A stretch of 63,678 nt of DNA, filler included, from Kipferlia bialata (taxonomy: Eukaryota), in the NCBI GenBank assembly GCA_003568945.1. It is 3 parts of 3 records of this genome, joined end to end, with 100 filler letters (N's around TTAATTAATTAA, not from the genome) between each part and the next. Parts side by side here need not be neighbours in the genome. Positions count along the whole stretch, not along the records: positions 49,222 to 63,678 come from BDIP01000234.1; 2 more parts are not named here. One strand, 5' to 3'. The position numbers and the translations under genes were made by a program. The notes below the pieces were generated by a model. That model saw nothing but the letters and a program-made list of their open reading frames with translations. It did not search any database and was not told the origin of the DNA. Every line of letters begins with the position of its first letter. The first letter of the stretch is position 1. Shown here piece by piece: positions 49,271-60,550 of the stretch.

Positions 49271-52266
49271 GCCAAGGAGACCATCAAGGAGCGTGACGAT
49301 GCCATCCTAGCCCTCAAGGACAGCGTGTCCACCCTGGGGTCCACAGTGAGTGCCAGGGAGCAGAGCCTCAGGGACGTGTCTGCCAAGTACGAGAGACACG
49401 TGGCAGAGGCAGACAAGAGAGACGCAGAGAGGGTGTCCGTCATAGAGAGGGTCACACACGAGAGAGACAGAGCCGCTCAGGGTGAGTAGCTATGTATATT
49501 GTTATATTGGTTTGGTCATCGGTACTTGTAGTTATCTAAGATCTGACCTTACACCCCCAGGTGCTGACCGTCTGAAGCAGCAGCTGCACCAGAGTGAGGG
49601 AGAGAGAGAGAAGATGAGGCAGGGCATTGTGCAGGACGCCAAGCGGAGGGACGGCACAGAGAGGCAGCTCAGCAACAACATCGACTCGCTCCAGAAGGCA
49701 AAGCAGAAGTGAGTGACAGATGGTGTAAAATGTAATGTGTATGTGTCAATATCTGCCCCTCATCACCTACCCCTTACCCCTTATCCCTTACCACTTACCC
49801 CTTAGGCTGGAGGGCAAGGTGAACCAGCTGGAGCCTGAGCTGTCCAAGATGAAGAAGCTGGTGGGTGTCACTGAGTCTCTGTATGGTGTCAACCCCCCCG
49901 CCCCCCTTCCTCACCTCAGGAGAAGCAGGTGATGGCGAGACTGAACCAGGCCGAGGAGGCTGTGAGAGAGCTGAAGGAGATCAGACAGCACCTGACTGGG
50001 GAGCGCAACCAGCTGAGCAAGGACCTAGAGGAGACACGGGGTGCCCTCGGTAGTCTGAAGAAGCAGTACCACCTGCTGTCTCAGGAGCACGAGGCTCTGA
50101 CTGCCAAGCACAACACTGCCGCCCAGGCACTGGCCAGGCTCGAGAAGGGGCACGCGTCACTCGGGAAGGACTACGCTGAGGCCAGGTGGGGATGTAGTAT
50201 GTATATGTTTGGTTTTATGGACATACCATGTATCATCCACCAACCCACCCCCCCCCCCTCACCCCCAGCCAGAGGCTGTCCAAGACGGAGCAGGCTCTGG
50301 CCTCTAGCACAGAGACAGGGACCAGGCTGCAGACAGAGCTGGACGCCTCGGTGGCACAGTGTGAGACACTGACCGCTGACCTCGCCACCACCCGTACCTC
50401 CCTCACCAACACACAGACACAGCTCGAGGTGGATATATGGTGGTCTCCCACACTACTCTATCTATCTCTGTCTCTCTGATTCCTTTTGGTTCGTTGTCTT
50501 ACTCCAGGACCTCGGTGGTGTCTCTGAGGAGCTGAGCAGCACTCTCACTCAGCTATATGCAGAGGAGGTGGGTGGATATGTCTACTAAAGAATCGTTCAG
50601 GGACTCTATTACATGTCAAGTCTATATACTTCCTACCCACCCCTAGGACACCTCAGCCAAGCACCGGGCCGAGGCTGAGGCCCTGACTGTGTCCCTGGCT
50701 GATATGCAGAGTCAGAGGGATGATGCCCTGCAGCTGTTGGAGGCAGAGAAGGTAGGGACACCCAGAAGGCAATGTGTTCACGTAGTAACATAGATTTCCC
50801 TCACCCCAGACCCGTACCAGCGGCCTTGTCTCTGACAACAAGCAGCTGGTGCTCAAGAACAAGAAGACACTCACCGAGGCCAACGCCAGCATCCAGAAGC
50901 AGAAGGTAGGGGCTCAGTGGATAGCGGTTTACGACTTACTTGCCCCCCCCCCCCCCATCTCTCTCTCACCCTCTAGGCTGTCATGACCCAGAGAGCCGAG
51001 GTCATCGCCTCTCTCAAGCAGAAGCACACCGACACCGTGGCCTCCTTTGCGGCCAAGATGGCAGACATCGAGGGACGGCTCACAGAGACAGCCACCGCCT
51101 ACCAGGAGGCATGCGCCAGGATAGAGGTCGGGGAGGAGAGGCTCAGAGCCACAATATGCAGAGGTGGGTGCTGGGTGTTTGTGGTACTGTGTATAGTTAA
51201 GTGTGTATCTCATATGCCCCCCCCCCCCTCACCGCCAGGGTCGATGAGGGAGGAGGACATCGCCGAGACGCTGAGGAGTGGCGAGAGGGTGCAGGCAGAG
51301 CTCAAGGAGCTGCTGACCCACGTGGCCAGGACAAAGGCCAAGAAGAACAGGCAGATCGCAGAGATGGAGCGCAAGATTGCCACGTCCATGTCCCATCTGG
51401 CACAGGTGGGGTGGGGTGGTATAGAGACATTGTATATCGTTACAGTTGCATTGATCTTTGGGTATCTCACCCTCAGGAGAAGGCGCAGCGTCTGAGGTAC
51501 GAGTCCAGGCACAACGACCTCCTCAAGACCATGCGTGTCCTAAGGGCCAACATCGAGGAGAGGGGCGAGGGCGTTGTGGAGATTGTGGATCTGTACAGGG
51601 CATGTGCAGGGTGTCTGGCTGTGGCAGGGGGGAGACTCAGTCTGTCCTGCGGCAGTAGGTGGGGGGTCTCACTGTGTCTGTGTCTCTCCATATGAAGCGT
51701 TGATCACTTGTGTATCCACTGTGTGTATCCTGCCCCTCACCCCCCAGGTACCTGCAGGCCCTTGATGCCGACTCCCGTCTGTCCTCCCTTGAGATCATCT
51801 CCATGCCCCCTGACGAGCTCAAGGAGAGAGAGAGGGGCATCCACCAGATAGAGAGACTGGCCAGAGGCGCATCAGTCAAGTCGGGTGAGGGTCACACATA
51901 CAGTATACACAGCACAGTATCCCCTTACCCCAGGCCAGTCGACCCCTGTCTACACCGCCTATGAGAACGAGTCCAGTGACGACGAGATTGTGTACCGGTC
52001 CATCGTGGTGGACCAGGATGAGAACGCCCCCCTGCTCGGTGAGTATACGTGTGTATGGATATGGTGTCTACTCTACTGTCTACTATGTATGGCCCATCAC
52101 CTAATTCCTAGGCAGCTCTGGAGAGAGGAAGGCCCGTGAGCGTCTAGCCCGTAGGGAGCAGCTGCAGCGGTACAAGCGCCGCTCCCAGGTGTTCATGATA
52201 CTGTTCATCGTGTGCCTGATAGTGGCATTGGTGGAGATGCCTGTCATTAACAACTTCCTGCTGTAG
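49271..52266 (+). CDS. Long coiled-coil protein with C-terminal transmembrane anchor (golgin-like topology), 5' truncated
   Basis: About 14 short-intron exons of E/K/R/L/A-rich heptads ending RYKRRSQVFMILFIVCLIVALVEMPVINNFLL* (TAG 52264-52266). Confidence 0.75.
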
Positions 52267-52546
52267 TGTTAGAGAGAGTGTGTGAGAGAGAGAGATAGGC
52301 TGCCTTGTGTAACGCTGCCACTGATACTGGCCAGTGTGGGAGTGCGGTCTCGGTTGAATTTGTTGGGTTTTGTTAGATCTTGACCATCTTGTCGTGAGTT
52401 CGTTTGAATAGTGTTGCACCAATAGACTCTATTGAATAGAGTGATTAGTTTTCTCCGTGACCCTTTTGCTAAGTGACAAAGAGAAGATACTGCCTCACTC
52501 TCTTCTCTACCCGCTCTTTGCCTAGCCTGCATATATTCATGCATCA

Positions 52547-53750
52547 ATGGCTGGAGGAGTGTCACAGTGTCTATGTGTCTCTACTATGGGATGCAGACTA
52601 TGTAGCATGTGCCAATATCGATCATAGGCATGATTACATTCTCTATATATCTATACTGTCTCTCTCTCTCACTTCCCTTTAACAGCAGAGTATCGCTCAC
52701 TGTAATCCATGTTCCCAAGCCGAAACCCCACAACATGTGTGTGATATACACCCTATCGGATGGGGGTGTTGTAGAGGAGACTGAGGTTGAGTGTCCCCTA
52801 GATGGAGTGACCGGGTACTCCCTCTGTACTGTGGGAGGGTGTGTATATCTGTTTGGGGGGGTGAGGAAGGGTGACACCCGCAAAAAGACCTCTCCCAAAC
52901 TACATGTCTATCACATGGACACTCAAGAGTGGACGGTGGTGTCTAAGGGTAGTAAAGACAGAGGGGGGCCTGGGACAAGGGCCAAGGAGAGAAGTGTATG
53001 GCCCCCCTCCGTCCACTTCCACTCTGCTGTGATGACAGGATGGTGGTGGTGGGTGGACTGAGGCAGACAGGGCCTGTGGGTTCACCCCCTACATGCACCC
53101 CCTCTGCCAATGCGTATGACCCTAACACCTCTCTGTGGGTGCAGTTGGAGGATGCCCCAGTGGCACTGCATAGTATGAACATAGTGGGGGAGGGGGGGAT
53201 GGTGCACATACTGGGGGGCAGAACCAGTGGTGACACAGGGGATTCAGTGTCGCACACCCATATGTCATTCACGGCTCGGCCTGGGGGTGACAGGTGGGGG
53301 GATGGGTGCTGGAGACATGAGGGGGAGTGTCCCTATGGGTCTGCTCTGCTGTTCATGGGGGTGCAGGGGTATGCTCTATTCTCACAGGGTACCAGTGTAT
53401 ACACCTTTGACCTTGTGTCCCAAGAGGCCCTCTCTCTATGGCAGGGCATCCCCTCAGCCATAGGCACCCCATCCGGGGGGGTGGCTGACTTCACAGATGA
53501 GAAGGTCACCTCAAGTTGTCATCACAGTGTTATTATTAATACGATGATTTCTTCGTTACCAGCCATACCTATTTCACCTATTATATCCTCTATGTATCCT
53601 ACCTAACCCCCTCTGACCCAGTACATGCTGTGGTCTGCCACTGGCTTCTGGGTTGTCTCCGTCAACCCTGCCCTCCTCACACCCTGTGCCAGGTATGAGG
53701 CATCGGCTCCAGCAGCCACACCCAGACTGTGGACGGGTAGGCATCTTTAG
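52547..53750 (+). CDS. Kelch-repeat protein with apparent frameshift near 53030
   Basis: GYSLCTVGGCVYLFGG, YHMDTQEW, WPPSVHFHSA / CDDRMVVVGG, AYDPNTSLWVQL, MVHILGG. The two halves are in different frames with no intron between them. Confidence 0.65.
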
Positions 53751-53885
53751 CTGCGACTGCACCACACAGATTAACGTCATTCTCAGTTTTAACGCGAGAT
53801 AGAGGCATGTGTCTTCAAAAAAACATTTTGAAGGGTGCAGTCTCGTTCACAGGACCAAATCCAAATGTCACCTCTCTACACCGAA

Positions 53886-54762
53886 ATGAAACTAGCCCTT
53901 GTTACTGTTACCCTGCTGTGTGTCTGGGTGGGGGTGTCTGCCTACCCTGTGCTTGCCCCTGGCCTAGACCCCCTGGATGCCCTTGGCAACAGCGACGACT
54001 GCCACTGGAATGACAGCAAGACCAAGTGTGTTGGTCAGTGCCAGACATACTGCATCGAGGTGGGGGGGGACTGGTATAGTGAGAGGGGACACTGCGCATT
54101 TGTCCTCTGTTAATGTTTTGTATACTCCTACTCCTTTGTCTAACCCTGTGTATTCCACTGTGGATTGACCTCTGGATTGGCACTCCATCCACTCACCCCA
54201 GACCAGCCCCGGCTTCTGCGGCTGCTCCCATGGGTGCCAGTATGACTATGGACAGTGAGTGGCCCTATAAATACCGCTGTTCTGTCTCTCTCTCAATTCA
54301 GCCTATGACATGTCAAGCTATATATATACATTCATTGTGTGTCTCTCCCCTCACTCTCAGTGAGCACTGTATCGGAACCTGCAGCAGCAACGAGCAGAGG
54401 TGCCATCTGAACCCGGTGGCCAACAACAACCACACATGCGAGTGCAATGGTACGTGATAACTCTCGCTCCATGTCTCTCTCTCCCTCCGTTGCCTGTCTC
54501 TCAATGACTAGTGTGTCTATGTTATCGTATCCTCTCCTCTTTGCCTCTCCCACCCACAGACTGTGGCCTTGTCTCTGCCAATGACCTTGTCTGCAGTGGT
54601 GTGTGCCCCAATGGACTGCAGTGCATCCAGGTATTGATTTATTGATTAAGGGGAATCACTGTCTACCGGTCTTCCAGAGAACTAGACAGCGTCTCACCCC
54701 ACTCTCACATCCAGCCAAGGGAGGACGGTTACTGCCAGTGTTCTAACGAGGCCTGCACGTAA
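53886..54762 (+). CDS. Secreted cysteine-rich protein, 144 aa, three 6-Cys modules
   Basis: Exons 53886-54059, 54202-54254, 54361-54449, 54560-54630, 54715-54762 splice in frame (435 nt). Signal peptide MKLALVTVTLLCVWVGVSA. Confidence 0.8.
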
Positions 54763-55885
54763 GTACCCCATAATCTCTCTTTAATAAGACCCTCATGTGA
54801 CATGTAGTGGGTTGTGAGTGTTGAATGTTGTGCTATACCATCCGTGATCCCTTGCCTTCCCACCTCAGCTACGACTTCCGCTCTGACTCCTGTTACGGCT
54901 CCTGCTGGGGTAGCCACTGCAGGGTGACAGGGCCCGGTGTCTGCTCCTGCATAGCATAGAGTCTATGCCAAAGACCAGAGATGCGGGACCGTGTGAGAAA
55001 CAGAGTTAGGAGTATATAGTTGGCCCAAATGTGCATTCTATACTGTGAATGTGAAGTTGTAATGGTAATAGTGTAATAATAGAGAGTGTGTTTGTAGGTC
55101 CCTAGTTTGAACATAGCGATCTCCCAACTTTGGCAGTTCACTGGATAACTTCTACATTTTTCTGACCCGGGACACTTCTACCTGATACATTTGCGGTTTT
55201 GAGTGTTCAACCCTGAGTCTACCTGAAGATACACTTGTCCTCCACGGATGGAGCGGTAGCTCGGACCTCAATACTATGTACCAGAGAGTCATATGGAGGG
55301 TTAGTGCCTCTTGAAGGGCAGTATGAGTGCTGCGTACTCAGTACTATGTGGTAAGCGAGGTCCTAACTGAGGTGTTCTTGCAGTGAACTTCCGTGTAGGT
55401 CGCCAGCTTCGTCATGCCCTAAGGAGAGGTGGCCATCACTCTCTCACTCACATACACTGCCCGTCACAACGACATCAGCATTGCTGTGTTGAGTACAGTC
55501 AGGGATATCCTATTAGAGTATCTTCTGTGTATGCCAGGCTAGTAAGGATACCCAAGTTCGACTCCTATCCCGATACTATTCGGATACTGTACTGTTAATG
55601 TCCCATTCAAGGGTCCACTGTATCTTATATTATGTGACAAGCGTCATCTGCAGAGGCTTCTACACCCAATACGGTATGGGGACACCATGCTCGTTCCCAA
55701 CACCATGGCTTGGTTGTTACTGGTCTCACTGATATCACCCAATAGAGCACTAGTAGAAGTCCTAGGAATGGAAGACAACCGCGCATATCAAAACTAATAC
55801 CAACAGAATTGTACTAACGCTCTACTACTCTATGGAACAAACGATATGTAAACTAGAAAACTGATCCTGCTTTGGAGCGGGACCT

Positions 55886-56376
55886 CTACTGCCGCCTCTT
55901 AGCTGGTCTCTCTCCCTCTCTTACGGCCCCCCCCTTGCTCTTCTTCGGACCCTTGCCGGACTTCTTGGACTTCTTGCCCTTCTTGGCACCCTTAGTCTCT
56001 CCGTCTGCCTTCGTGTCATCCCCCTCCACTATATCAGCCAGGTACAGGCCTTCCTCTGTGTCCATAACCACCACCCCAGCCACCACGCATGCCCTGGTAG
56101 TCTCCACCACCTTGGGCAAGGGCCCGAAGGACACCCACTCCCCGGCACCCATGTCATACCCTAAGAGTGAGGCAGGGTAGGATGATACACATATAGATAG
56201 TCATGCCTGTAGAATGAATATATTGTATGGCCTCACTGTCACAATGCCCTCCCTACCTGCCAGCTGCGGTGCCACCTCTGGGGCCTCTGGCTCTGCATAT
56301 GGCCCGACAGCCATCATGTAGGGGCCCACCCTGAAGTTGCAGTTGAGCATGGCCTCGGCTGGCCTACCTAGGGGTC

Positions 56377-56413
<37 letters not shown>

Positions 56414-57783
56414 TGTGGTCAGCCCTGACCTGTGTGGAATAGCTTCTCGGGTGCAATGTTGAGGATGTGCCACTCGCCCCTGTACCGGCCTGGGGTGCTG
56501 TCCTCACCCTCAGGCCCCTCTCTCTCACTCTCACTGTCCCCCTCGGTCAGCGTGGCCTCGGCCCCAGACCCCTCCCCTGCCCATCAGACACAGGTGTTAT
56601 ACATAGCCACACAGTCAGTATATGGGTAGAGAGGTTATGTGATACCTCCCAGGAAGTGGAAGGTGTAGTGCTCATCGTCTGTCAGGACATGGGCCCTGTT
56701 GCCAAACACAACGGCGTCCTTCCTGGGGTAAAGAGGGGGGGATAGAGAATGTGGGAAGAGGGGGACACTTGATAGAATATGAACACTGGTAACAGAGAGA
56801 GGAATGGGTCAGTACTTATTTGACTTTCATTCAGCTATAATGACACCACATACTTTGATGTCAGAAGGGGTGCTCCCTCACCATCGCCATCCCCAACAAT
56901 GCTCCACTCCTTGGCCTGGGGGGGATGAGAAAGAGACGACGGGGGGGGGGGGGGGGGGGGGGGGAAAGACAGAAGGGNNNNNNNNNNNNNNNNNNNNNNN
57001 NNNNNNNNNNNNNNNNNNNNNNNNNNNNNNNNNNNNNNNNNNNNNNNNNNNNNNNNNNNNNNNNNNNNNNNNNNNNNNNNNNNNNNNNNNNNNNNNNNNN
57101 NNNNNNNNNNNNNNNNNNNNNNNNNNNNNNNNNNNNNNNNNNNNNNNNNNNNNNNNNNNNNNNNNNNNNNNNNNNNNNNNNNNNNNNNNNNNNNNNNNNN
57201 NNNNNNNNNNNNNNNNNNNNNNNNNNNNNNNNNNNNNNNNNNNNNNNNNNNNNNNNNNNNNNNNNNNNNNNNNNNNNNNNNNNNNNNNNNNNNNNNNNNN
57301 NNNNNNNNNNNNNNNNNNNNNNNNNNNNNNNNNNNNNNNNNNNNNNNNNNNNNNNNNNNNNNNNNNNNNNNNNNNNNNNNNNNNNNNNNNNNNNNNNNNN
57401 NNNNNNNNNNNNNNNNNNNNNNNNNNNNNNNNNNNNNNNNNNNNNNNNNNNNNNNNNNNNNNNNNNNNNNNNNNNNNNNNNNNNNNNNNNNNNNNNNNNN
57501 NNNNNNNNNNNNNNNNNNNNNNNNNNNNNNNNNNNNNNNNNNNNAGAGAGGGGGGGTGGGGGGGGGGGGGGGGGGGGGGGGGGGGAAGGATACTATACTA
57601 ACCTGACTTTGGCTGCAGCCACTGGTACTCATAGCCCCCTGTTGCATGGGTAGGGCAGATGTAGGTGTCAGGTTCCAGTCCAAAGCTGAGTGTCAGAGAT
57701 ATATCACGCGACTAGTCAGGGAGGCAGTGCCTCCCGGAGGCACTCGAGAGAGAGACCCACATACATCTGTGCACACACAGAAC
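55886..57783 (-). CDS. Divergent kelch-like protein with basic C-terminal tail (spans N gap)
   Basis: Exons: AKEWSIVG; DAVVFGNRAHVLTDDEHYTF; FRVGPYMMAVGP; GYDMGAGEWVSFGPLP...KKGKKSKKSGKG..PAKRRQ*. Confidence 0.5.
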
Positions 57784-59038
57784 CTGGAAATACAAATCCT
57801 GGTAACATAATATCATGCTGTCAGAAAACCATGATGTCGCGTTGTAGTGTCGAAATGGATTTAGAGTGTACTAATGTAGGGCCAAACCAGCTACCTTACA
57901 TCAGCGTTGGGGCACGAGAAGGTCGATGCACTAGCAGCGAACAAGCCTAATAGCACCAGGTATATGCATACCCAGTGACGCATCTGAGACAGAGAGGCTA
58001 CTGTGCACAAGAGACTCGAGTCAGTTGAGCATATGCGTAATTTTTGGGTTGCCCCCCTTTTAGTTTTCTTTACTACTCAGAACAAGACAGTCGCTCGTTC
58101 CACCGTCTATGGTACTTAACCAGGGAGGGCGGCTAGTCACAGCCGTTTATATCATTCATATATCAAGTTGCTTTGCGTAGGAATCCGTATTTGGACCCTT
58201 CTTTCCAGCAGAGACTGTCGCGCAGTGAGAAGCAAAGGTTTGACCCGTGAAGTCATATCCTCGGAGGCAGCGCAACTAGGCAGGATATGTGGAGTGCGTG
58301 GTTTCTAGCCACTGAGCAATGAAAGGTCTAGCTCCACGCTACAATATGTGAGAGTCCGATTTCGGCTAGTAGAGATAGCCTAGCACTGTCACTGTCAAGG
58401 AGCTTTCCGATTGAGGAGATGAGGTCTCTTCATCATGAAGTGGAGTAACACATACATCGTCCATGATAAGGAAGCCGAGCCAATAGGCCATTTTGCCTAC
58501 AAGCAACACCCCATTCACACCTCAATATATGAATACATCTCAAGTATTATTCTTGGCTTGATAGCCGCCCATGACATCGATTCTCAGTCTCGTGTACGGT
58601 CGCCGGTGAGTGACTGGCGACCTGCTGTCCCATCATGTAAGAACATGATTCATGCTCTATGCAAGAGACTCTACGACGCCAACAGCTCTTCGATAAGATT
58701 GTAATATACAACAAAAATGCATATATATACCATTTGAACACATGGACTGCCAGTTCCCTGAGCTATCGGTGGTATATCGAGTATAAGTCAGTCTACTATT
58801 ACAGGCAACGTCTACTAACACCTTGTGACTGAACGAAAAACAGAAATGCAAAATGAAGAGGTCTCTTATAGAGACCCTGTCCTACTGACGTAACGTGAAC
58901 AGTATTTCGGCTCTATTCCTATCAGAGATATACTGCAATGAGTATGATCAGATAGACTACTCTATTAGTTCCCATTGGTCAGCCAATACCATGCAAATTC
59001 AAGTGCTCCACAGAATGTAACACTATGTCAGTGGGGTC

Positions 59039-59935
59039 TCACTCCTTCTGCCCCAAGATGGCGTTAGGTGGAATGATGCCCCATCTCATGTCTGGGTGTG
59101 GGTACACCAGGCCAGGGTCTAGATAGTGCAGCTGATAGTGCTCACCTGGCCTGCCCGACCAGACTGCTAAGGAGGGGAAGAAGACACCGTCCTCACACTC
59201 GAAAGTTGTACTGTCATACTGTGTGATCTCGCCAGATATGGTGTCTAATCCGTACCAGTCCCATTTGCCAGAGAAAGTAGTCGATAGAGTGACTATCAGG
59301 AGGAAGTGGCCAACGGCCATAGTCTGGCATCTGTATACATGCCTTGGTAGTCTAGCCTCCTCAACCCACCCAGTTCTCTCGGAAAACGAGACTATCCTAC
59401 TGTCTCGAGTGAAAACATATGCACGGGAACCCAGACAACATGAAGGCGTACTAATATCGCTATCCACTGGGATCCTAAGTAACTTCCACTCCTCGTACCG
59501 TCTGTCCGGATCAAAGGTCCACATCTGCACACTATTCCCTGATGCACCTCTGAACCAAACTCGCATGAAACAGCGGTCCTCAAGTGCAAACACGTCCCGA
59601 CGTATCAACTGATCCAAATCAAAGGGATGTAGCGTGTGTACTCGAGAGACTTCCATAGAGTCCAGCTCTAGCTTCAGAAGGACACGGTTACAATCGCACG
59701 CGTACAACACGCCCCCTACTGTAAATGTAGAACGTGGTGCCTTGCAGAATAGGGCTGTGTGGTGCTCTATGACGTCAGATGCCCTCAGAGTCAGGGTGTG
59801 CATGTCTCCCGATACCACATCTAGGTAGGCCAGCGAGTTGGCACCAACCGTTGTGCCTTCGACTCGAGTAATTTCACACTCTGGTACAACTTGAGAGGTT
59901 GTGACATGTGCGCAGAACAGAGGGTTGTGTGGCAT
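59039..59935 (-). CDS. Intronless degenerate kelch-type propeller protein
   Basis: 298-aa ORF with TVGGVLYAC, MWTFDPD..EW, CCLGSRAYVF, MAVGHFLLI, GLDTISGE, and C-terminal LDPGLVYPHPDMRWG. Confidence 0.7.
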   Translation of the reverse strand: MPHNPLFCAHVTTSQVVPECEITRVEGTTVGANSLAYLDVVSGDMHTLTLRASDVIEHHTALFCKAPRSTFTVGGVLYACDCNRVLLKLELDSMEVSRVHTLHPFDLDQLIRRDVFALEDRCFMRVWFRGASGNSVQMWTFDPDRRYEEWKLLRIPVDSDISTPSCCLGSRAYVFTRDSRIVSFSERTGWVEEARLPRHVYRCQTMAVGHFLLIVTLSTTFSGKWDWYGLDTISGEITQYDSTTFECEDGVFFPSLAVWSGRPGEHYQLHYLDPGLVYPHPDMRWGIIPPNAILGQKE

Positions 59936-60550
59936 GTAACGTCCAATATAGCGACTTAACTTGTTTCTGAGAAGGAACAGTGGTGTGTCTTGTATCTACT
60001 GCCACACACAATACGATATCACTCACGTGACGCCATCTTTCACCGAGTACGGTGACCCTCAGTCGTTTCAAAGCTTGGATCCACTGCTGTAAAGTACAAT
60101 TGGGATAGGTTGGCATGGCTCTAGAGTGCTACACTGTAGATTCATCTGAATGTGACATAGGACTGAGTATACTGTTTTTATATTTGTTATGTCTCGCTGA
60201 CTGTCAAACAACTCTGGCAACTGATAGTGTACAACAACAGACAGGCCAGCAAGAGAATTCCCAACTCCTCGACTAACGCGGAACGACATACAGCAACACT
60301 GTCGCCCCACCAACACAAAAGACACCACAACATAGCAACCGCCCTCTTCCCGACCCAAGTCCATAAGGGGAGGGGCTAATAAGTAGATACCGCCCTCTGA
60401 CGGTAACGGGTCCGCCAACTATCGTTGAAGGACACCCCAAAAGCACACAAAGCTTGGTAATAATGATACAAAATCGTCACAACGCAGTGCAGAAACGAGG
60501 GGTAGATACACCCCATCGCTATGCGCCACGGGACTCTGTGTGAATATAGT

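Noticed and set aside
57900..59000. Microsatellite-free intergenic stretch as possible transposon or ncRNA
   Set aside because: No terminal repeats, target-site duplication, convincing ORF or recognisable RNA motif; only a small hairpin near 58860-58877.
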